A stretch of DNA of 64,000 bases, from contig OZ025804.1 of the NCBI GenBank assembly GCA_964019425.1, positions 434,001 to 498,000 of the forward strand, written 5' to 3'. Shown here piece after piece: positions 1 through 9,582 of the stretch; the first letter of the stretch is position 1, and each line of letters starts with the position of its first letter. The stretch is from Flectonema sp. DT1601 (lineage: Eukaryota). The position numbers and the translations under genes are program-made. The notes below the pieces were generated by a model. That model searched no databases, was not told where the DNA came from, and saw only the letters and a list, made by a program, of their open reading frames with translations.

Positions 1-686
1 TTAGCAAAATACAAACTGATGACTACGAGGGGTTTGGGTAGCCCGCAGCAGTCCAATCGCGAAGATTGTAGTTTCATAGTATTGGCTGGAAGTGATCGAC
101 TTCCAGCCACCTTGCTGTTTTAAGAATCGAAACATAAAATCAAATGATCCGTCGTATGAACATCTTAAATGAAGGGAAGTGGAAATAGACCTACACCCTT
201 AGAGTATATATCCTTTTAAAGACGTTAGTACTGACGACAGTTCAAACACGCAAAGGACCAGCTGCTTTTGTCTTCAGTGCCAAGTGCAGAGAGAGACTCA
301 AACAAGATCCATCGGTTGAAATCAGTAAGTAACTGTCGCTAGCCAAAACACTAAAAACAGGAATCGGATTTATCTTAAACTATACTTTGTTAGTTTAAGT
401 TGGTGCACGAAACGGTGAACCGACTTAAACTGATAAAGCAAAAGCAACGAAAAAAGGAGAAGAAAGTAGAGAGGAAATACGACATAAATAATTGTATATG
501 GATGAAATGAATATTTTGCAATATCCTTTGCATTATGGTGACAAAGTTACAGTAAAGACCATCAACATTACTAACAGCATGTGCTGCAATTGATTTTTTC
601 TTCGCCGTCGACTTTGAAATACACAAAAAGAAGTAATAAAAAGAAACACTTTTTTATTTAAATAATGAGTTGAAAGAAATAATAAA

Positions 687-788
687 CTAAACCTGATCAG
701 GGCAGCTGGCAACGTTGTTCATAGCGTCATCATTCCCCGCTGATTCCTTGCCCTTGCAACAGAAACAGCAGACAACCAAAACAATCGT
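687..788 (-). pseudogene. 3'-terminal fragment of a third DOMON-membrane-protein paralog (TM end + cytoplasmic tail only)
   Basis: Translates to ...VLVVCCFCCKGKESAGNDDAMNNVASCPDQV*, homologous to the C-terminus of 1102..4149; the flanking 460-690 duplicates the 3' UTR at 880-1100. Confidence 0.75.
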
Positions 789-1101
789 AAACCAACTTAA
801 ACTGATAAAAGAAAAGCAGGTTCACGAACTGCCAGCATTATTTTTAGTGCACTTGTTAAACACGTTAAAAAGAGAGGGAAATAGAGAGGAAATTGGAAAT
901 AAATAATTGTATATGGATGAAAAGAATATTTTGCAATATCCTTTACATTATGGTGACAAAGTCACAGTAAAGACCATCAACATTACTAACAGCATGTGCT
1001 GCAATTGATTTTTTCTTTGCTGTCGACTTCGAAATACACAAAAACAAGTAATAAAAAGAAACACCTTTTTATTTAAATAATAAGTTGAAAAAAATAATAG
1101 A

Positions 1102-4100
1102 CTAAACCTTTTCAGGACTGCTGGCAACGATATCCATAGCGTTACCTTCATCAGCTGATTCCTTGCCCTTGCAACAGAAACAGTAGACAACCAAAATAAC
1201 GATAACTGCAAACGCCAAAGAACCGATAACGATTCCAGCAATAGCTCCACCAGATAAACCATCATCGTTGACAGTCACTACTACTGGGTCCGTGGTCGCT
1301 GTTATTATTGGTTTGACAGGAGCTGTTGCAACAGGAACCGGAGTAGGGGTGGGATCTGCGAAATCAACATTTCCCGATCCTCTGGTAGTGTGAATGTTCA
1401 CAGGAAATCCAATCTCTGATGAGTGCGATGCGTAGTTGACAGCCATATCTGATGTAAGCAACAAAGCGTTGAATCTCAAAATACGAAGACCGTTGGCCAC
1501 TTCAGTCGTAGGGGCAGAAAACGGGGCATTAGCTGGATTGCTCGTGATACCCGCTGCTGAGTTGGAAGTGATGTGGTAAATACCCGCAGAACTAACACTG
1601 TTCGTTACCAAGGAAAAGGCAGGCGACATGCTTCCCGGGGTCGTAGGGAACCCAACAGCAAACCAACCGTTGACGTTCGTACTAGTCACAGCAACCGCAG
1701 CTGATCCGCTCGTTGCCATGTTCCAGTGCATAAAAACTCCATTCGCCAAAGACTTCATGCATTGATAATTAGTTGTACCCGTTTGAACGAGAGTCGATGC
1801 CATGCAAATCAATGCAGGGGTAGAAGCAGGGGAAACAGGAGGGGCAAAAGCCGGATTAGGCGAAGGAGTAGGAGGTGGGGTAGGAGCTGGGTAAGGAGAA
1901 GGAGTTGGGGGTGGGGTAGGAGCAGGGACAGGAGCAGGGGTGGGATCTGCGAAATCAACAGTTCCCGATCCTCTGGTGGTGTGAATGTTCACAGGAAATC
2001 CAATCTCTGACGAGTGGAATGCGTAGTTGACAGCCACGTTTGCCCTAAGCACCAAAGTATTGAATCTCAAAATACGAAGACCGTTGGCCACTTCAGTCGT
2101 AGGGGCAGTAAACGGGGCATTAGCTGGATTGCTCGTGATACCCGCTGCTGAGTTGGAAGTGAGGTGGTAAATACCCGCAGAACTAGCACTGTTCGTTGCC
2201 AAGGAAAAGGCAGGCGACATGCTTCCCGGGGTCGTAGGGAACCCAACAGCAAACCAACCGTTGACGTTCGTACTAGTCGCAGCAACCGCAGCTGATCCAC
2301 TCGTCACTATGTTCCAGTGAATAAAAACTCCATTCCCCAAAGACTTCATGCATTGATAATTAGTGGTACCCGTTTGAACGAGAGTCGATGCCATGCAATT
2401 CGATGCAAGGGTAGGAGTAGGCGTGGAAACAGGGGAAACAGCAGGGGTAGGAGCCGGGTAAGGAGAAGGAGTTGGAGGTGGGGTAGGAGCCGGGTAAGGA
2501 GAAGGAGTTGGAGGTGGGGTAGGAGCAGGGACAGGAGTAGGGGTGGGATCCGCGAAATCAACAGTTCCCGATCCTCTGGTGGTGTGAATGTTCACAGGAA
2601 ATCCAATCTCTGACGAGTGGAATGCGTAGTTGACAGCCACGTTCGCCCTAAGCACCAAAGTATTGAATCTCAAAATACGAAGACCGTTGGCCACTTCAGT
2701 CGTAGGGGCAGTAAACGGGGTATTAGCTGGATTGCTCGTGATACCCGCTGCTGAGTTGGAAGTGATGTGGTAAATACCCGCAGAACTAACACTGTTCGTT
2801 GCCAAGGAAAAGGCAGGCGACATGCTTCCCGGGGTCGTAGGGAACCCAACAGCAAACCAACCGTTGACGTTCGTACTAGTCGCAGCAACCGCAGCTGATC
2901 CACTCGTCACTATGTTCCAGTGAATAAAAACTCCATTCCCCAAAGACTTCATGCATTGATAATTAGTGGTACCCGTGTGAACGAGAGTCGATGCCATGCA
3001 ATTCGATGCAAGGGTAGGAGTAGGCGTAGAAGCAGGGGAAACAGCAGGGGTAGGAGCCGGGTAAGGAGAAGGAGTTGGAGGTGGGGTAGGAGCTGGGTAA
3101 GGAGAAGGAGTTGGGGGTGGGGTAGGAGCAGGGACAGGAGCAGGGGTGGGATCTGCGAAATCAACAGTTCCCGATCCTCTGGTAGTGTGAATGTTCACAG
3201 GAAATCCAATATCTGACGAGTGGAATGCGTAGTTGACGTCCACGTTCGCCCTAAGCACCAAAGTATTGAATTTCAAAATACGAAGACCGTTGGCTACTTC
3301 AGTCGTAGGGGCAGAAAACGGGACGTTACCTGGATTGCTCGTGATACCCGCTGCTGAGTTGGAAGTAATGTGGTAAATACCCGCAGAACTAGCACTGTTC
3401 GTTGCCAAGGAAAAGGCAGGCGACATGCTTCCCGGGGTCGTAGGGAACCCAACAGCAAACCAACCGTTGACGTTCGTACTAGTCGCAGCAACCGCAGCTG
3501 ATCCACTCGTCACTATGTTCCAGTGAATAAAAACCCCATTCCCCAAAGACTTCATGCATTGATAATTAGTGGTACCCGTTTGAACGAGAGTCGATGCCAT
3601 GCAATTCGATGTAGGGGCAACTCCATCAGCCAAGTCGATAGTTTGGGCAGCCCTTCCGGAACCTCCGTGATTAGATAAAGTTCCAGTACCACCAAAAGCG
3701 AAGATAGTCAACAAGTTGCCCGTGCTGACACCAGTCCTTCGGAACTTCAGAGTGATGCGATTGTTAGACGACGTAATCGCTGTTTGCGTAATGGTCCCTG
3801 GGATGGTTGCTTCAGTAGCGAGGATGTTGCCTCCGTTGGTGTTTGCCGGCGTGTACATCTTCACGGCGTTGAGATCAGCGGTTCCTCCCATCAAAATGGT
3901 GGAACCAATCATCCTGTTGCCTGTAGGACTAGTTGGGTTCCACCCAACAGCAGCATATCCATTAGCACCAGTCTGTGGAGCATCAACCATCATTTCGTAG
4001 TAGTTCCCAGCCGTATCAGTCTTCCAGTGAACGTTGATACCAGCACCTGTAATCATGCACACGTAGTTGCTGTCAGTAGATGCAGTACCGCAAACAGCAC

Positions 4101-4149
4101 TAGAAACTCCCAACATTGCGGCCAGTGCAGTAAGTCTGAGTAACTTCAT
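1102..4149 (-). CDS. Type I membrane protein with five DOMON-like domains (1 unique + 4 near-identical repeats) and Pro/Thr linkers
   Basis: 1015-aa ORF; signal peptide; repeated HW...GW/YxAVGF/W...M...H pattern typical of DOMON; C-terminal GAIAGIVIG TM helix followed by CFCC. Confidence 0.8.
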   Translation of the reverse strand: MKLLRLTALAAMLGVSSAVCGTASTDSNYVCMITGAGINVHWKTDTAGNYYEMMVDAPQTGANGYAAVGWNPTSPTGNRMIGSTILMGGTADLNAVKMYTPANTNGGNILATEATIPGTITQTAITSSNNRITLKFRRTGVSTGNLLTIFAFGGTGTLSNHGGSGRAAQTIDLADGVAPTSNCMASTLVQTGTTNYQCMKSLGNGVFIHWNIVTSGSAAVAATSTNVNGWFAVGFPTTPGSMSPAFSLATNSASSAGIYHITSNSAAGITSNPGNVPFSAPTTEVANGLRILKFNTLVLRANVDVNYAFHSSDIGFPVNIHTTRGSGTVDFADPTPAPVPAPTPPPTPSPYPAPTPPPTPSPYPAPTPAVSPASTPTPTLASNCMASTLVHTGTTNYQCMKSLGNGVFIHWNIVTSGSAAVAATSTNVNGWFAVGFPTTPGSMSPAFSLATNSVSSAGIYHITSNSAAGITSNPANTPFTAPTTEVANGLRILRFNTLVLRANVAVNYAFHSSEIGFPVNIHTTRGSGTVDFADPTPTPVPAPTPPPTPSPYPAPTPPPTPSPYPAPTPAVSPVSTPTPTLASNCMASTLVQTGTTNYQCMKSLGNGVFIHWNIVTSGSAAVAATSTNVNGWFAVGFPTTPGSMSPAFSLATNSASSAGIYHLTSNSAAGITSNPANAPFTAPTTEVANGLRILRFNTLVLRANVAVNYAFHSSEIGFPVNIHTTRGSGTVDFADPTPAPVPAPTPPPTPSPYPAPTPPPTPSPNPAFAPPVSPASTPALICMASTLVQTGTTNYQCMKSLANGVFMHWNMATSGSAAVAVTSTNVNGWFAVGFPTTPGSMSPAFSLVTNSVSSAGIYHITSNSAAGITSNPANAPFSAPTTEVANGLRILRFNALLLTSDMAVNYASHSSEIGFPVNIHTTRGSGNVDFADPTPTPVPVATAPVKPIITATTDPVVVTVNDDGLSGGAIAGIVIGSLAFAVIVILVVYCFCCKGKESADEGNAMDIVASSPEKV

Positions 4150-4854
4150 GATTAGCAGGTGGCAATAAACTGTGAAAAAAATATTTTAACAATCCGAGTG
4201 ACTACAAACTGATAGTTCCTTAGAATTACGACAACAGGAATGTTTCATGTAAATTATTTATTGTTTCCGTTTTAAGAATCGAAACATAAAATCAAATGAT
4301 CCGTCGTATGAACATCTTAAATGAAGGGAAGTGGAAATAGACCTACACCCTTAGAGTATATATCCTTTTAAAGACGTTAGTACTGACGACAGTTCAAACA
4401 CGCAAAGGACCAGCTGCTTTTGTCTTCAGTGCCAAGTGCAGAGAGAGACTCAAACAAGATCCATCGGTTGAAATCAGTAAGTAACTGTCGCTAGCAAAAA
4501 CACTAAAAAAAGAATTGGCTTTATCTTAAACAAAAGTTTGTCGGTGCACGAATCCGTAAACCGATTTAAATTGATAAAGGAAAAGCAGGTTTAACGTTCT
4601 TTTTCGTGCAGTTGTTAAACGCAAAAAAAGAGAGGAAATAGAGAGGAAATACGACATAAATAATTGTATATGGATGAAAAGAATATTTTGCAATATCCTT
4701 TACATTATGGTGACAAAGTTACAGTAAAGACCATCAACATTACTAACAGCATGTGCTGCAATTGATTTTTTCTTTGCTGTCGACTTCGAAATACACAAAA
4801 AGTAGTAAAAAGAAACACCTTCTTTTTGAATAATAAGTTGAAAGAAATAATAAA

Positions 4855-6732
4855 CTAAACCTTATTAGGATTGCTGGCAACGATATCCATAGCGTTACCT
4901 TCATCAGCTGATTCCTTGCCCTTGCAACAGAAACAGTAGACAACCAAAATAACGATAACTGCAAACGCCAAAGAACCGATAACGATTCCAGCAATAGCTC
5001 CACCAGATAAACCATCATCGTTGACAGTCACTACTACTGGGTCCGTGGTCGCTGCAGTTCCTGGAGTAACAGGAGTTGTTGCAACTGTAGCTGGAGTTGA
5101 GGTAGTTGCAGGGACACGAGTAGGGGTGGGATTCACGAAATCAACAGTTCCCGATCCTCTGGTGGTGTGAATGTTCACAGGAAATCCAATCTCTGACGAG
5201 TGGAATGCGTAGTTGACAGCCACGTTCGCCCTAAGCAACAAAGCGTTGAATCTCAAAATACGAAGACCGTTGGCCACTTCAGTCGTAGGGGCAGAAAACG
5301 GGGTATTAGCTGGATCGCTCGTGATACCCGCTGCTGAGTTGGAAGTGATGTGGTAAATACCCGCAGAACTAACACTGTTCGTTGCCAAGGAAAAGGCAGG
5401 CGACATGCTTCCCGGGGTCGTAGGGAACCCAACAGCAAACCAACCGTTGACGTTCGTACTAGTCGCAGCAACCGCAGCTGATCCACTCGTCACTATGTTC
5501 CAGTGAATAAAAACTCCATTCCCCAAAGACTTCATGCATTGATAATTAGTGGTACCCGTTTGAACGAGAGTCGATGCCATGCAATTCGATGCAAGGGTAG
5601 GAGTACGCGTAGAAGCAGGGGAAACAGCAGGGGTAGGAGCCGGGTTAGGAGAAGGCGTTGGAGGTGGGGTAGGAGTAGGCGTAGAAGCAGGGGTTACAGG
5701 AGAGGTAGGAGCAGGGACAGGAGTAGGGGTGGGATTCACGAAATCAACAGTTCCCGATCCTCTGGTGGTGTGAATGTTCACAGGAAATCCAATCTCTGAC
5801 GAGTGGAATGCGTAGTTGACGTCCACATTTGCCCTAAGCAACAAAGCGTTGAATCTTAAAATACGAAGACCGTTGGCCACTTCAGTCGTAGGGGCAGTAA
5901 ACGGGGTATTAGCTGGATCGCTCGTGATACCCGCTGCTGAGTTGGAAGTGATGTGGTAAATACCCGCAGAACTAGCACTGTTCGTTGCCAAGGAAAAGGC
6001 AGGCGACATGCTTCCCGGGGTCGTAGGGAATCCAACAGCAAACCAACCGTTGACGTTCGTATTAGTCGCAGCAACCGCAGCTGATCCACTCGTCACTATG
6101 TTCCAGTGAATAAAAACTCCATTCCCCAAAGACTTCATGCATTGATAATTAGTGGTACCCGTTTGAACGAGAGTCGATGCCATGCAATTCGATGTAGGAG
6201 CAACTCCATCAGCCAAGTCGATAGTTTGGGCAGCCCTTCCGGAACCTCCGTGATTAGATAAAGTTCCAGTACCACCAAAAGCGAAGATAGTCAACAAGTT
6301 GCCCGTGCTGACACCAGTCCTTCGGAACTTCAGAGTGATGCGATTGTTAGACGACGTAATCGCTGTTTGCGTAATGGTCCCTGGGATGGTTGCTTCAGTA
6401 GCGAGGATGTTGCCTCCGTTGGTGTTTGCCGGCGTGTACATCTTCACGGCGTTGAGATCAGCGGTTCCTCCCATCAAAATGGTGGAACCAATCATCCTGT
6501 TGCCTGTAGGACTAGTTGGGTTCCACCCAACAGCAGCATATCCATTAGCACCAGTCTGTGGAGCATCAACCATCATTTCGTAGTAGTTCCCAGCCGTATC
6601 AGTCTTCCAGTGAACGTTGATACCAGCACCTGTAATCATGCACACGTAGTTGCTGTCAGTAGATGCAGTACCGCAAACAGCACTAGAAACTCCCAACATT
6701 GCGGCCAGTGCAGTAAGTCTGAGTAACTTCAT
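4855..6732 (-). CDS. Paralogous type I membrane protein with three DOMON-like domains (1+2)
   Basis: 625-aa ORF, N- and C-termini almost identical to 1102..4149, two fewer internal repeats. Confidence 0.8.
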   Translation of the reverse strand: MKLLRLTALAAMLGVSSAVCGTASTDSNYVCMITGAGINVHWKTDTAGNYYEMMVDAPQTGANGYAAVGWNPTSPTGNRMIGSTILMGGTADLNAVKMYTPANTNGGNILATEATIPGTITQTAITSSNNRITLKFRRTGVSTGNLLTIFAFGGTGTLSNHGGSGRAAQTIDLADGVAPTSNCMASTLVQTGTTNYQCMKSLGNGVFIHWNIVTSGSAAVAATNTNVNGWFAVGFPTTPGSMSPAFSLATNSASSAGIYHITSNSAAGITSDPANTPFTAPTTEVANGLRILRFNALLLRANVDVNYAFHSSEIGFPVNIHTTRGSGTVDFVNPTPTPVPAPTSPVTPASTPTPTPPPTPSPNPAPTPAVSPASTRTPTLASNCMASTLVQTGTTNYQCMKSLGNGVFIHWNIVTSGSAAVAATSTNVNGWFAVGFPTTPGSMSPAFSLATNSVSSAGIYHITSNSAAGITSDPANTPFSAPTTEVANGLRILRFNALLLRANVAVNYAFHSSEIGFPVNIHTTRGSGTVDFVNPTPTRVPATTSTPATVATTPVTPGTAATTDPVVVTVNDDGLSGGAIAGIVIGSLAFAVIVILVVYCFCCKGKESADEGNAMDIVASNPNKV

Positions 6733-7571
6733 GATTAGCAGGTGGCAATAAACTGTGAAAAAAAATATTTTAATAATCCGAGTGACTACAAACTGATAGT
6801 TCCTTAGAATTACGACAACAGGAATGTTTCATCTAAATTATTTATTGTTTCCGTTTTAAGAATCGAAACATAAAATCAAATGATCCGTCGTATGAATATC
6901 TTAAATGAAGGGAAGTGGAAATAGACCTACACCCTTAGAGTATATATCCTTTTAAAGACGTTAGTACTGACGACAGTCCAAACACGCAAAGGACCAGCTG
7001 CTTTTGTAGTCACCTACCCGTTAAGCAATCAATTCCTGTTAGAATAGAAGGAGAAGAAGTACTGCTTGCTGCATCCTCATCAATGTAAATTTAAGGGTTT
7101 TTTTTTAAAACAAGAAAAAAACGTATTTTAATTTTTTAAAGTGTAATTATAGCTATCTTAGTGTAACAAACACCATTTTTCAATCTTCGATAAGTCGAGA
7201 GTCAAGTCAAGTTTTAGTCCAAACGAGTTGCTGTTTTCTGTGAGCAGGTGCCAGTCGAAAAATTTTGATCCCTTTAGAGTATCATCACAAGAAGCTGAGT
7301 ACAGCAAACCGCAAACTAGTATTACCCAGCTGGTGCTGTGGCTAGCATTCCCTGAATGGCTGCTTTCTGACCCGCAGATATGCTTTTTTTTTTTTTTTTT
7401 TTTTTTTAAATTGGTTTTAGAAATCTAAAACTCTCTCTCGGAGGTGAAAAACTTATTTACAAAAAAAAAAAAAAAAAAAGGAATCGGCAATCTTCACTTT
7501 TTACTTACTCACACTTTTATTTTGGTTGTGCGCAACCGAGGCGAAATCCTAATAAAGGAATAAGGAAAAGG

Positions 7572-7886
7572 TTAGTTATGCTGCACAATTCTCGTTCTAC
7601 CGAACAATGCGTTTGTAGGTACAAAAAAAAGAAAAAAAGAAAAAGAAAATTCATACCAACCGGTGTTAATAGCTGTGGCGACGGCTTGGACTGGATTTCC
7701 ATGGCAAACCCTCTTTCCCCTTTTGCTGTGTTCTAGTGCAAGAGTAAAATCAATATCACCTGCTCCGCCTGCACCGCCTGCAGGAAGTGGTACATCTATT
7801 CCTCCAGAGTTACCCCCAAGTCCTACTCCGGTTCCGACAGAGTTAAACGACATGTCGTACTTTGCACCCAAGTGTGGGCTCGGCAT
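7572..7886 (-). CDS. Small Gly-rich hypothetical protein (possibly with a 60-nt intron 7656..7597)
   Basis: ATG-initiated ORF with coding-like composition until a G|GTATGA donor-like site followed by a T-rich tract. Confidence 0.35.
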   Translation of the reverse strand: MPSPHLGAKYDMSFNSVGTGVGLGGNSGGIDVPLPAGGAGGAGDIDFTLALEHSKRGKRVCHGNPVQAVATAINTGWYEFSFSFFLFFVPTNALFGRTRIVQHN

Positions 7887-8124
7887 TGTTGCTTGATTTT
7901 AGTTTTTTTTTTTTTTTTGTGTAAACACTACAGTGAAATAAACATCACAAAAGGATATCAGAACAGAAATAAGTAATCAAACTTTATAATTGTCGATAAG
8001 CTGGTTGTGAAAACAGAATTCAACTCTCAGTAAGGCTAGTAGTAGTGAGTGTTGTCTAATGATAATCTCGTACAACAGACCAATTAGAATGAGGAAAGAA
8101 ACTTAATACCGTTTTATCAATACA

Positions 8125-8262
8125 AAAGTAACTTGAAATTAGTAAACCAAATAGGGTACGGCGTTGCCATACGTGTTGTCGAATATGGGGATTCTGGACC
8201 ACAGAAGGACAATACAAAAAATCAAAACCAGGAGCACATCCCGCAAGACTCGGCTGCGAGTG
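8125..8262. repeat. Dispersed short repeat family, copy 1 (3' of AlkB gene)
   Basis: 32-nt identity 8231-8262 = 24656-24687; 'gtgttgtcgaatatgg' shared with ~21667. Confidence 0.65.
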
Positions 8263-8288
8263 GAGGGAAAGAACAATCAACATAATAA

Positions 8289-8990
8289 TCAGCTCTCAGT
8301 TGCTGGAAAGTACCTCGCAAGGTCTTTCTTTTTCACAGTTTTCTTCTTCTTCTGAGAAGGAAGAATAACTACTGGAGGAGTGTAGTTAACACATCTCCAA
8401 GTAACAGATACCCTTCGTGATTTCACTGCTCCCAAATGAGCTCCATGAACCCACTTGTAACGAGACTCACCTGTCATGTAGTAAATAGACCGACGAGGAA
8501 CTTCCACATCAATTGATTTATTGTACTTCAGATTCTTAAATGTAATCGTCACTGTTGAGCAAAGACTGACCGCAACAATGACATCTTTGTACGCAATTAC
8601 ATTGTCAGTGTGGAAGCCAAGAGAGTCCTTCGGAAGGAATTCATTAACCTGCATTTCTGTGTGTTTTGATTCATTTATTTTGTAGGCATCCCAGTCAACA
8701 TGCTGAAGTGCTTCAACAGTCATTCCGTAATCAATTATGTTGGTCGCAAGTTGTTTTGCGTATTCAGGTAATTCTCTGATGGTGTCCTTCTCTTCAACTC
8801 GTCCTTTTTTATCTTCCCATGGGACGTAAAACCTAACTCTACGGCAACCAGATCTACAATTCTCCCACTCATCTTCGGAATCTATACATTTCAGCATCAG
8901 AGCCTCTTCTTCTTCTGTGAGGAAATCCCTGACTAAAAAGAGTCCCGGTATTCCTTCAACGGGAGTCGCACTGAGATGGTCAAAAGACAT
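8289..8990 (-). CDS. AlkB-family 2OG-Fe(II) dioxygenase
   Basis: IPGLFLVRDFLTEEEE start; VNEF...FHTD (HxD), VSL, PRRSIYYMTGESRYKWVH, RRVSVTWR motifs. Confidence 0.9.
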   Translation of the reverse strand: MSFDHLSATPVEGIPGLFLVRDFLTEEEEALMLKCIDSEDEWENCRSGCRRVRFYVPWEDKKGRVEEKDTIRELPEYAKQLATNIIDYGMTVEALQHVDWDAYKINESKHTEMQVNEFLPKDSLGFHTDNVIAYKDVIVAVSLCSTVTITFKNLKYNKSIDVEVPRRSIYYMTGESRYKWVHGAHLGAVKSRRVSVTWRCVNYTPPVVILPSQKKKKTVKKKDLARYFPATES

Positions 8991-9582
8991 GTTGTGGCGT
9001 TACAGTGCTGAATAACAGAGATGATTGTGTTAAGTGTTTTCATGTAAGAATATTGTGTCGAAGGGGCGATGTGAAAAAATAAAAATATAAAAAATAAAAT
9101 TAAAAAAAACACGGAAAGGTGGGTATCCGATTAGTATGATTGATTTCTTTTTCAAACAACAAAAAAAAAAAAAAAAAAAAAAAATGTGCGCTTCGGAAAC
9201 TGATATTTGCTCCAGTCGTCGTTCTTAAGCTGCTGTTCTTTTTCCAACTATTCAAAAATTGGTTATTCAAGAGGAGGCAAAAAAAAAGAAAAGGTTGGAG
9301 ATGGGGAAAAACACTAAAAAAAAAAGGGGGAAAAAGAAAATTTCTTTCTATGTCTCTCTGGAGACAAACAATCAAAAAAAAAAAAAAAAAAAAGGGGGAA
9401 AAGAGGCGAACGATCTTTCATGAAGGTAAGCCAAGACCAAAAGCCCTACTAGCCGATAAAAAGAATTCCTTTTTTTGTTTCCTAGGCGAGGACTGTCTTG
9501 GTACTACTATATGAACACATCGTTAAGATAGATAGCTTCCGCTGTTAGTAGGTATCGATTAATTGTTGTGAGGATGAATATT

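Larger units (their letters stand above)
115..7005. repeat. Tandem gene-array repeat; conserved intergenic block recurs at ~115-360, ~4270-4510, ~6855-7005
   Basis: Near-identical 'ttttaagaatcgaaacataaaatcaaatgatccgtcgtatgaa...ggaccagctgcttttgt' seen three times. Confidence 0.9.

Noticed and set aside
1840..3150. Regular short G-rich repeats as a CRISPR-like array
   Set aside because: They are the Pro/Thr linker codons of the DOMON gene; eukaryotic context, no cas genes
9100..9514. Poly-K / poly-F ORFs in intergenic DNA (also 14135-14530, 21786-22040)
   Set aside because: Arise from A/T homopolymer tracts typical of these UTRs
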